A DNA stretch of 64,000 nt from Octopus vulgaris (GCA_951406725.2 OX597840.1:5208001-5272000); one strand, 5' to 3'. Positions 11,733 to 24,287 are shown, numbered from the stretch's first letter. Program-made: numbers and translations. The notes: a model not told the origin generated them from the sequence alone.

Positions 11733-12149
11733 CTTTTACTCTTTTACTCTTTTACTTGTTTCAGTCATTTGACTGCGGCCATGCTGGAGCACCGCCTTTA
11801 GTCGAGCAAATCGACCCCGGGACTTATTCTTTGTAAGCCCAGTACTTATTCTATCGGTCTCTTTTGCCGAACCGCTAAGTGACGGGGACATAAACACACC
11901 AGCATCGGTTGTCAAGCAATGCTAGGGGGACAAACACAGACACACAAACATATACACACACACATATATATATATACATATATACGACAGGCTTCTTTTC
12001 AGTTTCCGTCTACCAAATCCACTCACAAGGCATTGGTCGGCCCGGGGCTATAGCAGAAGACACTTGCCCAAGATGCCACGCAGTGGGACTGAACCCGGAA
12101 CCATGTGGTTGGTTAGCGAGCTACTTACCACACAGCCACTCCTGCGCCT
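11733..12149 (-). mobile_element. SINE family A, full-length, young
   Basis: Near-consensus copy with (ttttactc)3 tail. Confidence 0.9.
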
Positions 12150-12329
12150 ATTAGTAGTAGGAGTGACTGTGGCAGTGGTCAAAATGATGGTCGTAGTGGT
12201 GATGGTGGTAGCAGTAGTAGTGGTGGTGGTGGTAGTAGTAGTAGTAATAATAGTAGCAGTGTGGATTTTTTTTCTGTTATGGTTGTTGTTGTTACTGTTG
12301 TTGTTTGTTGTTGTTGTTATCGTTGTTGA

Positions 12330-12770
12330 AATATTTCGATAGCTGTAGGCTCTTGTGGTTTTTGAAACGGTTAACCAAAGAATTTTATCTGCGATGTGAA
12401 GGACGAGGCGCTTTGTACGTCGGTGTGTGCATGGAGGAGGAGATGGTATGTAGCTATGCGACTGGCTTGGCTTGACTGGAATTAGGGTGTGGTGGGCATG
12501 TTGGGGACATGCGGCTCTCCTTTTTAGGATAGTATAGTTAGTGGTGCTATGTGGGTAGAAGGGAGTGGTTGGCACTGTGGAGTGTCTGGGCGGTGGAGTA
12601 GTGGAGTGAAGGGAGAAGGGGTGTTTGTCTTTGTCATGTGGCGGTGGCGTGGCTGTCGGCCAAATATAGGCAGTGTTCGGAGTGCTTGAGGGTGTTTTGG
12701 CGAAAGAAGTGGCTTGGGAGAAGCGACTGTTGCGAACAGCTGCTTATGAATGTGACGATGCAAAAGGGGG
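12330..12770 (-). pseudogene. Possible highly decayed Penelope-like linker/GIY-YIG fragment
   Basis: Frameshifted pieces SPKPLLS/FRQNTLKH, CPTCP and LHIADK/SLVNRFKNH echo PLE P..PL.SFRR..NLR, C..CP and LYIGET.R.L..RF.EH. Confidence 0.35.
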
Positions 12771-12794
12771 ATGCGTTAGCAACAATGCAGAAAG

Positions 12795-13076
12795 TTGTGT
12801 GTGTTTGTATGTGTGTGTGTGTTTGTTTGTGTGTGCTTGTGTGTGTTTGCATGTGTGTGTGTGTTTGTGATTGTGTGTTCATGTAGGTTTGTTTGTTTGT
12901 GTGTGCTCGCATGCATATGTGTATATGTGTTTGTGTGTGTTTGTTTGTCTGTGTGTTTTTGTGTATGTCTGTGTTTTGTGTGTGTGTGTGTGTGTGTTTG
13001 TGTTTGTGTAAGTCTGTGTTTGTGTGTGTGTGTGTGTGTTTGTGTCTTCATGTATGTTGTGTGTGTTTGTGTGTGC

Positions 13077-13111
<35 letters not shown>

Positions 13112-13639
13112 TGTGTTTATGTATGTATGTTTGTTTGTGTGTGCACGCATGTGTATGTGTATTTGTTTGTTTGTGTGTGCTTGTGTGTGTTTTTGTGTAA
13201 GTCTGTGTTTGTGTGTGCGTGTGTGTGTGTGTTTGTGTGTGTGTTTGTGTGTTCATGTATGTATGTATGTATGTTTGTTTGTGTGTGCACGCATGTGTGT
13301 GTTTATATATCTGTGTGTGTGTTTTGTGTGTGAGTTTGTGTGTGTGTCTGTGAGTGTTTGTATGTCTATATGTGTTTCTGTTTCTGTGTGTGTGTGTGTG
13401 TTTGTGCTTGTTGTGTAGTATATGTATGTGCTTTTTGTGTGTGTATGGAGGTGTTTTGTGTTTGTTTTTGTGTGAAGAGGAAGAAGTGATGAAGAAAGAG
13501 GAGAGAGGGAGAGGGATTAGGAGCATCAATATGATTGGAAGAGAATAACTAAATATGAAGGGAAAGGAGGAGGAAGAGCATACATACATACATATATATA
13601 TATATGTATATATACATACATGCATGCATACATATATAT

Positions 13640-13670
<31 letters not shown>

Positions 13671-13937
13671 CATACATGCATACATACATACATATATATA
13701 TATATGTATATATATATACATGCATGCATATATATATATACATACATACATACATACATACATGCGGCATGCATACATACATATATATACATAAATACAT
13801 ACATATATACATACATGCATACATACATACATGCGGCATGCATACATACATATATATACATAAATACATACATATATACATACATGCATACATACATACT
13901 TACATACATGCATGCATACATACATACATATATATAA

Positions 13938-13970
<33 letters not shown>

Positions 13971-14014
13971 TACATGCATGCATACATACATACATATATA
14001 TATATATACATACA

Positions 14015-14050
<36 letters not shown>

Positions 14051-14196
14051 CATGCATGCATACATACATACATACATACATACATACATGCATGCATGCA
14101 TGCATACATACATATATACATGCATGCATACATACATACATGCATACATATATACATACATGCATACATATATATATACATACATACATGCATGCA

Positions 14197-14232
<36 letters not shown>

Positions 14233-14385
14233 TATATACATACATGTATGTAGGTATATATGTGTGTATATTTATGCATGTTTGTGCATGTATGTATGTA
14301 TGCATGCATGTACTAATATGTGTATGTATCTCTCTCACTCTCTCTCTCTCTCTCTAGATATATATATATATATATATATATATAA
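12795..14385. repeat. (TG/TTTG)n then (TACA/TGCA/TA)n compound microsatellite
   Basis: Direct inspection. Confidence 0.95.
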
Positions 14386-14481
14386 TAATATTAGGTAGTA
14401 AATCCAAACTTACAGGGAAAAATTAGATTTAAGATTAAATCCAATTTTATAGTATAAATATATATATATATATTATATTAG

Positions 14482-14519
<38 letters not shown>

Positions 14520-14523
<4 letters not shown>

Positions 14524-15060
14524 GTCATCCCATAAATAATGCAGGCTTTTTTTATACTTCTTTTATTTTTCAAAATGAAGATAAAGTTCTTTTTTAATCT
14601 AAAATATACTCTCCTTCATTTTATACAATGTTCTTCCATCTATCTGGTAAACTTGCAAGGCCCCTCTTCCAAACATTCATTTGTCCAAGACAAAAAATAT
14701 TCCTCCACTACTGTCCTGACCTCCTCTACAGAATTCATATATTTTCCGTCCAAATGATTTTGAAGACTGCAGAATAAATGATAATCAGATGGGACAATGT
14801 CTGGCGAATATGTTAGTTGGGACATTGTTTCCCATTCAAACTGCTCCAGCTCTTTGAATGTCACTCTCACTGTGTATGGCCGAGCATTATCCTGATGGCA
14901 GAACACCTGTTATCTTGAAACCAAATATGGTTGTTTTTTTTCCTCTAGTGCTGACTTAAGTCTCTCAAGCTACTCACAGTAGATCTCCCTTGTTATCTTT
15001 TGGTTTGGGTTTAAAAGCTCAAAGTGGACTAAACCTTTCATATCTTACCAAATAGATAAC
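14520..15060 (-). mobile_element. Mariner transposase pseudogene, 3' part with TIR
   Basis: HQDNARPYT...TYSPDIVPSDYHLFCSLQNHLDGK (YSPDLAPSDY motif); TIR-like ttggtcatcccataaataatgc abutting (TA)n. Confidence 0.85.
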
Positions 15061-15079
15061 AAATCCTTCTTTCTTTTCT

Positions 15080-15303
15080 TTTCTTTTTCTTTTACTTGTT
15101 TCAGTCATTTGACTGTGGCCATGCTGGAGCACTGCCTTTAGTCGAGCAAATCGACCCTGGGACTTATTCTTTGTAAGCCCAGTACTTATTCTATCGGTCT
15201 CTTTTGCCGAACCGCTAAGTGACGGGGACGTAAACACACCAGCATCAGTTGTCAAGCAATGCTAGAGGGACAAACACAGACACACAAACATATACACACA
15301 CAA

Positions 15304-15340
<37 letters not shown>

Positions 15341-15350
15341 TATGACAGGC
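15080..15350 (-). mobile_element. SINE family A, 3' half
   Basis: Family homology; truncated at gacaggc. Confidence 0.85.
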
Positions 15351-17046
15351 TGAACAATAAATTTCAGGGTCAAGAGAAAACCACAGGTCTCATGTACATT
15401 TTATTATGAAGTCGATTGTGCTAAATTCGAATTTTATAACAAAAATTTCCCATCACATCACATTTCCTTGTAAATTACCGACTTAAGGACTATGCTATTT
15501 AGTTTGACTGCAATTATCGACATTTTTGTTAACATTATATAATGTATTAACCTACATTTTAGTATTTACTTCTTCGCTTATAAGACATCTCAGGGGTTTC
15601 ACGCTTCAGGTTCCAGCAGAAGTCAGCCAGCATATCTGGGCTCCATTTTCCATTGTACCTGTTTTCCATTGACGCTATATCTTGATGGAACCTCTCCCCA
15701 TGTTCATCACTCACATCTCTTGCATTCTCTGGGAAGAAGGACAAATGAGAATGAAGAAAGTGTATCTTCAGCGACATAATGCATCCGAGATCTTGGTAGC
15801 ACTTTATTTGGCTCTCCACTATACTTCCTCGCTGGGTCACTTGGTACTTTCCCAGAAGATCTTTGCATGCATCTTTGAATGCATGCAAGGCTGCTTGCCC
15901 AGTTTCATGCATTGTCACCTCAACGTCCTCATCAGCTATAAGTTTACGAATCTTAGGGCCTATCAGTATGCCCTGTTTAATCTTGGCCTCACTTATTTTA
16001 GGGAAGATCACCTTTAAGTACTGGAAACATGGCTTGTTATGTTGCGGTGCTTTGGTAAATTGCTTCATTAGGTCTAGTTTTATGTTCAGTGGTGGCAAAA
16101 TAATTTACTCCTTCTTAATTAGTGGCTCATGATTTACATTATGGCATCCAAGCATAATTTTTTTTCCGAGGTGACCATTCTGAGCGTACATAATGTTCTG
16201 ATCTGGCCCTACTATCCTACTTGCAAAGGAAGCACATAAACTTGGTGTATCCATTAAGTGTAGCCCATTAAGTAGGACTACTACTTTCATGTCCAAACAA
16301 ATTAGCCAATCCTGTTCCTTGTAACTTATGCGGTCTAGAATAAAAGTGAGGTTCTCATATGTCTCTCTTAAAATGACTGAGTGAGCAACTGGAACTGAAG
16401 GCCTGGTGTTCCCAATGTTCAACAGAACCCCTTTTATACTGTAAAGGGATGCATCTATGAATAACCTCCACTCATTTGGTTCATAGGTCAGCTGAAGGGC
16501 ATTGAATAAGTCTCTGATATCATTAGAATTAGTCACATTGTTTTCCAAAGTAAAGAATTGCTGTAGATCTGCAGAACGCTTCCTAAATACTGTAATTCAA
16601 GCATCTTTATCCAACAGGTTCCTTTGTTGCAGACGTGAGGCCAGGACTTCACTTTGTTGCTTAGTGTTAGATCACGAACCAGATCAGGTGTGTGATGAGG
16701 TGTGGTTTCTCGTCAGATTTACCACGGAATTAGACCCATATAACTATAAAATTATTGAGTGTACTTTTATATTTTTCATAGGTTAGGTTGACAAATACCT
16801 GAGAAACACCCCATTAAAATTATATCAAAATCCGTTCATAACTTTTAGAGTTGTCAGTTCCAGCCCAATCCTGTTTGCACTCAATTCCTACGGTACCATC
16901 AGAGTATTCAGCGTAAAATGGTAATTTACGAGAAACTGGAAAGTCACAGAAGGAAACGGATGTTATATTCGTAATCTACAAACAAAATACCCCTAGAAAA
17001 AATCATTCGCCTTTCCGTTTTTTTTTCTCTCTTATTGTTATACAGT
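15350..17046 (-). mobile_element. Chapaev3-like (CMC superfamily) DNA transposon with disrupted transposase (~16710-15559)
   Basis: DLVRDL..QQSEVLASRLQQRNLL; WRLFIDAS..SIKGVLLNIGN..PSVPVAHS..LRETYENL; PPLNIKLDLMKQF; SLKIHFLHSHLSFFPEN..DVSDEHGERFHQDIASMENRY.GKWSPDMLADFCW; frameshifts; degenerate ends ctgaacaataa / ttattgttatacag. Family assignment is from remembered motifs. Confidence 0.75.
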
Positions 17047-17127
17047 TTTACTAATTCACATTCTCTCTTGAGGTGAAGATAATTTAAATCAATAAAGAAT
17101 TTCTATTGTAACGCATTTGGTATACCT

Positions 17128-17590
17128 ATTTCTTTACTACCCACAAGGGGATAAACACAGAGGAGACAAACAAGGACAGACAAACGGATTACGTCGATTA
17201 TATCGACCCCAGTGCGTAGCTGGTACTTAATTTATCGACTCCGAAAGGATGATAGGTAAAGTCGACCTCGGTGGAATTTGAACTGACAACGTAATTGCAG
17301 ACGAAATACCGCAAAGCATTTCGCCCGGCGTGCTAACGTTTCTGCCAGCTCGCCGCCTATTTCTTTACTACCCACAAGGAGCTAAACACAGAGGAGACAA
17401 ACAAGAACAGACAAATGGATTAAGTCAATTACATCGACCCCAGTGCGTAACTGGTACTTAATTTATCCACTCCGAAAGGATGAAAGGCAAAGTCGACCTC
17501 GGCGGAATTTGAACTCAGAACGTAAGAGCAGACGAAATACGGCTACGCATTTCGGCCGGCGTGCTAACGTTTCTGCCAGCTCGCCGCCTT
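17128..17590 (-). mobile_element. SINE family B head-to-tail dimer with 17-bp TSD
   Basis: Two ~230-bp units flanked by acgcatttggtatacct at 17111-17127 and 17592-17608. Confidence 0.88.
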
Positions 17591-17740
17591 CACGCATTTG
17601 GTATACCTGTGTTAAACTATGCTGATCAGATACACGTCACTGAGCCCTCTGAGTTCTTTTTTAGCTCGTTTTTGTTTAAAATATGCAAACTATCCTAGCC
17701 ACAAATGTTTATTAGCGTTTTTCATATAAGTCTAAGCCTT

Positions 17741-18060
17741 GGTGCATGGCTCAGTGGTTGGAGCGCCGAGCTCACGATCATGAGGTAGTGAACTTGATTC
17801 CTGGACCAGGCTGTGTTGTGTTCTTGAGCAAGACACTTTATTTCACCTTGCTCCAGTTCACTCATCTGTAGAAATGAGTCGCGACGTCACTGGTGCCAAA
17901 CTGTATCAGCCCCTTTGCATTTCCCTTGAACAACATCAGTAGAGTGGAGATGCAAAGATGGTATGCATGGGTAACTGCTGGTCTTCTATATGAACAATTA
18001 TGCCCGGAGGGGACTTTCTAGGTGCAATCCCATTGTCATTTATAACCAAAGGGGTCTTTA
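17741..18060 (+). mobile_element. SINE family C
   Basis: ggtgcatggctcagtggttggagc head; ttgagcaagacacttt. Confidence 0.82.
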
Positions 18061-18397
18061 TCCTTTTTTTAAGCCTTGGCTACTGGAGACAAGGTCATAC
18101 AGACTTTGTGCCAATGACGGCTTTTGAGACAGAAACATGTGTCCTTGACTGTAAACTCTAGGTAACATTTCATACAAAAGAATCCCTTTCATCTCTAATT
18201 GTTTGTCCATCTTTCCTCTGTTATATGCATATATATTTTACTTTTATGTCAAGTTATGTATAAAAACAATTTTACATGAAACCAAAAAATTATTCAATAC
18301 TTTTAGTAGGGTATGTATATATTAAACTTTTACAAGAGGGGTGATATATATATGTATGTACATATGTATCTATGCGCGCGCGTCTGTGTATCTAGAA

Positions 18398-18598
18398 CAG
18401 TGGTTTTCAACCAGGGTTCCGCCAGTACAGTCCAGGGGTTCCGCAAGAAGTTACAAAACTGCTAAAATCGACAGTAAATTTTCATTCTCCTGTGCAGATA
18501 TGTGTGCATAAGACGATTAAATTATTGCACAGGGGTTCCTCGAGCCAGTGGAATGTTTCCTTGGGGTTCCGCTCCAGCAAAAAGTTTGAAAAGCACTG
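18398..18598 (+). mobile_element. hAT (Charlie-like) MITE
   Basis: TIR CAGTGGTTTTCAA / TTGAAAAGCACTG; NTCTAGAN sites at both ends. Confidence 0.88.
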
Positions 18599-18811
18599 CT
18601 CTAGACAATAGCATGTCAAACTTGGAGAGTCGAGTACTTAAGTCTTGCTGTTATCTCCCCTTTTCATATGGAGTTGGGTCTTAATTGTCATTTGGTAATC
18701 GTGATACATTCCCAAGAGGTGGAAATATTTGATGCACCTGTATTTATACAGAGAAGACCAAAAGTCACACATCAAAACATTAGACATTTTGAAAAATTTG
18801 TATTATGTAAT

Positions 18812-18990
18812 TAGCTGGCGAGTTGGCAGAAGCGTTACCGTGCTGGGTAAAATACCTAGTGGTATTTCATCCGTCTTCCACATTCTGAGTTCCCATCCAC
18901 CGAGGTCGAGTTTGCTTCTTGTCCTGTCAGTGTCTCTAAAATAAGTACCAGTTGAATACTGGGGTTGATGTAATCTCCCAAAATATGAAA
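18812..18990 (+). mobile_element. Old SINE family B copy
   Basis: Degenerate gagttggcagaagcgtt...aaataagtaccagtt; (TTA)n follows; similar old copy at 20372-20557. Confidence 0.65.
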
Positions 18991-18994
18991 CTTA

Positions 18995-19042
<48 letters not shown>

Positions 19043-19043
<1 letters not shown>

Positions 19044-19521
19044 GAGTGAGAGAGCAGAGCATGCCATCAAAGTGACACTGGGGTAAAATATACGAAGCCC
19101 AGTATACCCATCATGACTACCCGTCTGATAAGGGTACACCAGGCACATGCATCACAAACATATGTACGCGACATGGTGATCTCATATCAATATAAACAGC
19201 ATATGACCTTGCAGGTGGGGTCCAGTTAGAATTTTCTTCTGGTCGAGTAGCCCATCCCACTCAAAAGGTCCCTGAATAAGGATTGTTTAAGGATGTTGAA
19301 CGAACCACCCATGTTTCCAAAGGTGAATTATCTAAACCATTAAGAATTCCTCTCAACACGTGGCTATGATGCTCCTCCACTACTTCTGCTCGTGATCAGA
19401 GATGCAGATATCGGCAGCCACTAAGGGACATGCTCAACTGGTTAAGGTCAAACAACTGACAAGCAAATCTGTGGTATTGAGCAGAATATTTGCTGTAGCC
19501 CATCTTTTATACCAAGACAAA
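19043..19521 (-). mobile_element. Interspersed repeat family F embedded in (TAA)n
   Basis: Highly similar to 20612-21277; flanked by (TTA)n. Confidence 0.7.
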
Positions 19522-19733
19522 TCATTATTATTGTTGTTAATTTTGTCCATCATGTTCAAGTTCTTGTCCATTTATCGTAATTTCATTTATTTTTTTCTAT
19601 TTTTAGAAAAATCGAAACATGTCTGACAATTCGGGAGTGTATTGAACTTAACTTAATTTGTGTATGACTTTTGACTCACGCTGTACAATATATAGTCGTA
19701 TATATATACTTAGAATTTCTTTTTCTTCTGCAG

Positions 19734-19830
19734 CCACTGTATCTGAAGAGCAGCCAGGACAAGCCACAGACCCACAAAAACACTATGACCAAGTTGACGC
19801 CAATTACGCTTTTGTCGGCATATCTAATGG
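19734..19830 (+). CDS. Candidate internal coding exon (97 bp)
   Basis: Strong acceptor tttctttttcttctgcag| and donor GG|gtaagt; phase-1 frame (A)TVSEEQPGQATDPQKHYDQVDANYAFVGISNG joins the 9055 exon in frame; the phase-0 frame is also open. Confidence 0.6.
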
Positions 19831-19956
19831 GTAAGTCTCCCTATTCACTCTTCTTTGGCATTCTTTTTATTATTGCTTTATGTCTGTCTGTGTACTGCCT
19901 CCGTCGTTTGCCCTAGTGGCATATAAAAGAAATTACAACTACTGTCGCTGTTGCGG

Positions 19957-20010
<54 letters not shown>

Positions 20011-20303
20011 TAACTACTACTACTACTATTACAACAACAACTACTACTACTACAACTACTACTACTAAAACTACTAATACTACAACTACTACAACTACTA
20101 CTACTACTACTACAACAGCAACTACTACAACTACTACTACTACTACAACTGCTACTACTACTACTACTACTACTACTACAACAGCAACAACTACTACTAC
20201 TATTACTACGACGACTACTACTACTACAACAACAACTACTATTACTACTACTACTACAACTACTACAACAATAACAACAACAACAACTACAACTACAACA
20301 ACA

Positions 20304-20371
<68 letters not shown>
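19957..20371. repeat. (ACT)n/(ACA)n trinucleotide microsatellite
   Basis: Direct inspection. Confidence 0.95.
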
Positions 20372-20559
20372 CACGCCGGGCAAAATGCTTAATGGCATTT
20401 CATCGATCTTTGCATTCTGAGTTGAAATTCTGGCAAGGTTGTCTTTGTTTTTCATCCTTTCAGAGTCAATAACATAAATACCAGTGGAGTACTGGGGTCG
20501 ATGTAATGGACTTAGTCCCTTCCCTGAAGTCGTTGGCCTTATACCAAAATTTGAAACTT

Positions 20560-20603
<44 letters not shown>

Positions 20604-20611
20604 TATTATTA

Positions 20612-21275
20612 TTGAGTAAGAGAGCAGTGCATGCCATCAAAGTGACACTGGGGTATAAATATACGAAGCCCAGTATACCCATCATGACTACCCGTCTGAT
20701 AAGGGTACACCAGGCACATGCATCACAACCATATGTGCGACATGGTGATCTCATAACAAGATAAATAGCGCATGACCTTGCGGGTGGGACCCAGTTAGAA
20801 TTTTATTCTGGTTGGGTAACCCATCCTCTCAAAAGGTCCCTGAATAAGGTTTGTCTAAGGATAATGAACGAAAGAACCATGTTTCCAGAGGTGAATTATC
20901 CAAACCTCTAAGAATCCCTCTCAACACATGGCTATGATGCTCCCCCACTACTTCTGCTCATGATCAGAGATGCACATATCGTCAGCCCATGTTTCCAGAG
21001 GTGAATTATCCAAGTCTCTAGGAATTCCTCTCAACACATGGCTATGATGCTCCCCAACTGCTTCTGCTCATGATCAGAGATGCATATATCGTCAGTCACT
21101 AAGGGACATGCTCAACTGGTTATGGTCAAACAACTGACAAGCAAATCTGTGGTATTGAGCAGAATATTTGCTGTAGTCCATCTTTTATACCAAGACAAAA
21201 CAATGTACATGATAACACTTCCAATCAGTTAAGATCAGAAGCCATGAGAGCCACTGTCTGGTACTGCATCAGGGC

Positions 21276-21277
<2 letters not shown>
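20612..21277 (-). mobile_element. Family F repeat with internal ~110-bp tandem duplication
   Basis: catgtttccagaggtgaattatcc... repeated at ~20878 and ~20988; (TTA)n on both sides. Confidence 0.7.
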
Positions 21278-21333
<56 letters not shown>

Positions 21334-21435
21334 TCAATTTTTCCCCTTTTCTTGCTAAGTGTCTTCCTGACACCTAGGGATTTCTCTTATAGACTTTCTT
21401 TACTCTTTGGATCTAGTCCTCGATAAAGATTTCAG

Positions 21436-21496
21436 GTGTCCACCTCGTCAAGCACTCTGTGGAAATAGAAACCGGCTAACTATATTGTCCAATTAG
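21436..21496 (+). CDS. Possible terminal coding exon
   Basis: tttcag| then phase-2 frame (G)CPPRQALCGNRNRLTILSN*, compatible with the 19734 exon; an alternative acceptor at 21391 exists. Confidence 0.2.
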
Positions 21497-21734
21497 TACT
21501 AAGGCAATCTGTACATCTCATTATTTTCTTGTGATTGGTACAATTTCTAAATCCGAAGTAGATCACCAATTATTTTCAATGAATTAATCACAAGCTATAT
21601 TAGAAAAAAAATACGAAAAGAATGAAGATGCATTATCAATAATTTATTTAGCTTACATGTGTTTCGAATAGATCAGCACAAAGCAACCGCTGCACAGCTG
21701 TACTAGGTGGTTTACATATTTGATTTATTCTTCA

Positions 21735-22135
21735 CTAGCAGTATCGCCCGGCGTTGCTCGGGTTTGTAAGGGAAATAACTATATAAGCATTTTTAGAGAG
21801 TTACTTCCCTTATATAATAGCAAAAACATGCATTAAAAATGGAAAAAAATTATGATAAATTTTTTTTAAATCGTTGACTCATCGTAGACATTTTTAGAGA
21901 GTTACTTCTCTTATATAATAGCGAAAAAAATGCATTGAAATGGAAAAAAATGATGGTAATTTTTTTTTTTAAATCGTAGACTCATCGTAGACGCGCGCTA
22001 ATACCCAGAAGGGCTCGATATGAATCACGACTATAAGATACCCGGTTTTGGTTAAACTGCACCGCAAAATGTGGGAGTAGTTAGGAATCTAAATCGTAGG
22101 AGACAGACACACAACTTCACTTTTATATATAAAGA
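21735..22135 (-). mobile_element. Non-autonomous Helitron, complete
   Basis: A|TCTTTATATATAAAAG ... cccgagcaacgccggg hairpin ... CTAG|T; internal ~100-bp tandem duplication. Confidence 0.85.
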
Positions 22136-22463
22136 TTTGATGAATTCATTAGCCAAAAGTACAAAGCTGCTGACTATGCTATTCTCAAAGATATATGTGT
22201 GTGTGTGTGTTAATAAACCATGAGTTATGTCATGCTAAAAAGTGCTGAAAAGAGTGAAATCGTGCCATACAAGATTATTATTGGCTAGAGAGTGTAAGAA
22301 CTTTGTGATAACAAATAGATTTAAATATGTGCTTTCTATTTACTTCTTCCTTGTATTCCTTAATTTCAAACTCAAATTTCTAATCCAACCTCATATTATG
22401 AATAAACGATTATCTCCCCTGTAATATCTGCGATCGCTTGGGAAACCACATGTGTGTGTATGT

Positions 22464-22870
22464 ACCTATTTCTTTACTACCCACAAGGGGTTAAATACAG
22501 AGGGGACAAACAAGGATAGACATAGGTATTAAGTCGATTACATCGACCCCAGTGCGTAGCTGGTACTTAATTTATCGACCCCGAAAGGATGAAAGGCAAA
22601 GTCGACCTCGGCGGAATTTGAACTCAGAACGTATAGACAGACGAAATACCTATTTCTTTATTACCCACAAGGGGCTAAACACAGAGGGGACAAACAAGGA
22701 CAGACATAGGTATTAAGTCGATTACATCGACCCCAGTACGTAACTGGTACTTAATTTATCGACCCCGAAAGAATGAAAGGCAAAGTCGACCTCGGCGGAA
22801 TTCGAACTCAGAACGTAACGGCAGACGAAATACGGCTAAGCATTTCGCCCGGCGGGCTAACATTTCTGTC
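22464..22870 (-). mobile_element. SINE family B partial dimer
   Basis: Two units joined at gacgaaatacc|tatttcttta. Confidence 0.85.
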
Positions 22871-22874
22871 AGAC

Positions 22875-23045
22875 ATTTCTCCACCACTCCGTTTTTCTTT
22901 TCCGTTCTCCGTTCTTTTCCTCTGAAATCCTTACTGTCAATGAGCATCGGCTCGAAGCATGAAAGACTTTTCCGTTCTTCCCGCGCGTTTAACTAATACA
23001 CCTGCTTGTTATTCCCTCACCTGTCTTTGTCTTTTGTTTTCTGTA
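22875..23045 (+). mobile_element. Penelope-like terminal repeat remnant
   Basis: Degenerate reverse complement of 24497-24680. Confidence 0.5.
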
Positions 23046-23193
23046 AATTTAAAATATATGTGTGTGTATGTGTGTGTGTGTAAATATACATAAGTGTATG
23101 TAATTATAAATATATATATATATATGTACATATACACATGCGTATAAGCAGACATGTATGAAACCGGTATGTTTTTGAATCTCTTTAACAATT

Positions 23194-23655
23194 CATAATA
23201 ATGACTTTTATTACTTTTATTTCTACCTCAGTTCATCTCATTGTATATATCTATCGTTACTTTGCATAAAAAACCTTTACTTTTTTTGATTTCCAATGTG
23301 CATTTTCATTTATTTTTCTTCTTACTTTCCCCTCACATTTCCATGTGTAGTTTCTATTTTCTTTTTGTAACATATTTCTATTATATAAGTGTATTTATAT
23401 ATATATACACACACACTTACGATGAATAACTTTGCGTAAACCTTGGTCCGTTTTGTTCTCTTACTTTATTATCATCTTATAATCATCTCATAATAATGAC
23501 TTTTATGACTCGTATTACTACCTCAGTCAATCTAAATGTATATATTTGTCGTTACCTGTCATAAATAGCCTTTTTTTTAAATTTGATTTTTCATATTTTA
23601 CCCTTACATTTCCACGTGTATTTTATATTTTCTTTTCGTAACATATTTCTACTAT
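23194..23655. repeat. Diverged direct repeat pair, ~295 bp apart
   Basis: cataataatgactttta...tacctcagt...gtaacatatttcta at ~23194 and ~23489. Confidence 0.65.
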
Positions 23656-23687
23656 ATATACATATATATATATATATATGTGTGTAT

Positions 23688-23731
<44 letters not shown>

Positions 23732-23770
23732 AAATAAGAGAACAAAGTGTACGTAGTACGCCTATATATA

Positions 23771-24287
23771 TAAAGGAAAGAATAAACAGAGTCAAAAAGA
23801 AGAGGGAGTACGATTCGACAGCTGTTTAATGACCACTACACGTTTCGATACAACATAGAACCATTTATATACATGATTTAAATTTAGATTAAGTAACGGT
23901 CTACTTGTATAATAGGGACTAGTTGTATCTTCTCGCTGTCTCCGCAAGTAAATGTCTGATTTCGGTGCTGTCACATCCACCTAGCTCCTTTGAATCTAGC
24001 ATACGCAGTTTCAATCCGCTTGCTGTAAACGGCCTCTACATGCTCGACGTAAGCAGCATTGGGTAAACAGACAATATGATAGCATCGAAATGAAACATTT
24101 ACTTACGGAGACAGCGATTATATACCACCTGAGGAAGTACAAATAGGTCCTATTAAACAGTTAAACCTTTACTTAATTTAAATTCTGTTTATAAGTGGTT
24201 CTATGTTGTATCGAAACGTGTGTAGTGGCCATTAAACAGCTGCCAAATTGTACTCCTTCTCCCTTTTGACTCTATTCTTTCCTTTTT
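23771..24287. mobile_element. Penelope-like remnant with ~125-bp imperfect inverted arms
   Basis: 23771-23897 is the diverged reverse complement of 24168-24287; the right arm lies in a hammerhead fold. Confidence 0.65.
24125..24228 (+). ncRNA. Type I hammerhead ribozyme-like fold with extended stem II
   Basis: ccac-CTGAGGA-agtacaa...ttgtat-c-GAAA-cgtgtg-TA-gtgg. Confidence 0.6.

Noticed and set aside
21650-21734. Hammerhead interrupted by the Helitron
   Set aside because: Stem II and GAAAC are visible on the minus strand, but the rejoined core reads ATGAAGA and stem I is not evident.
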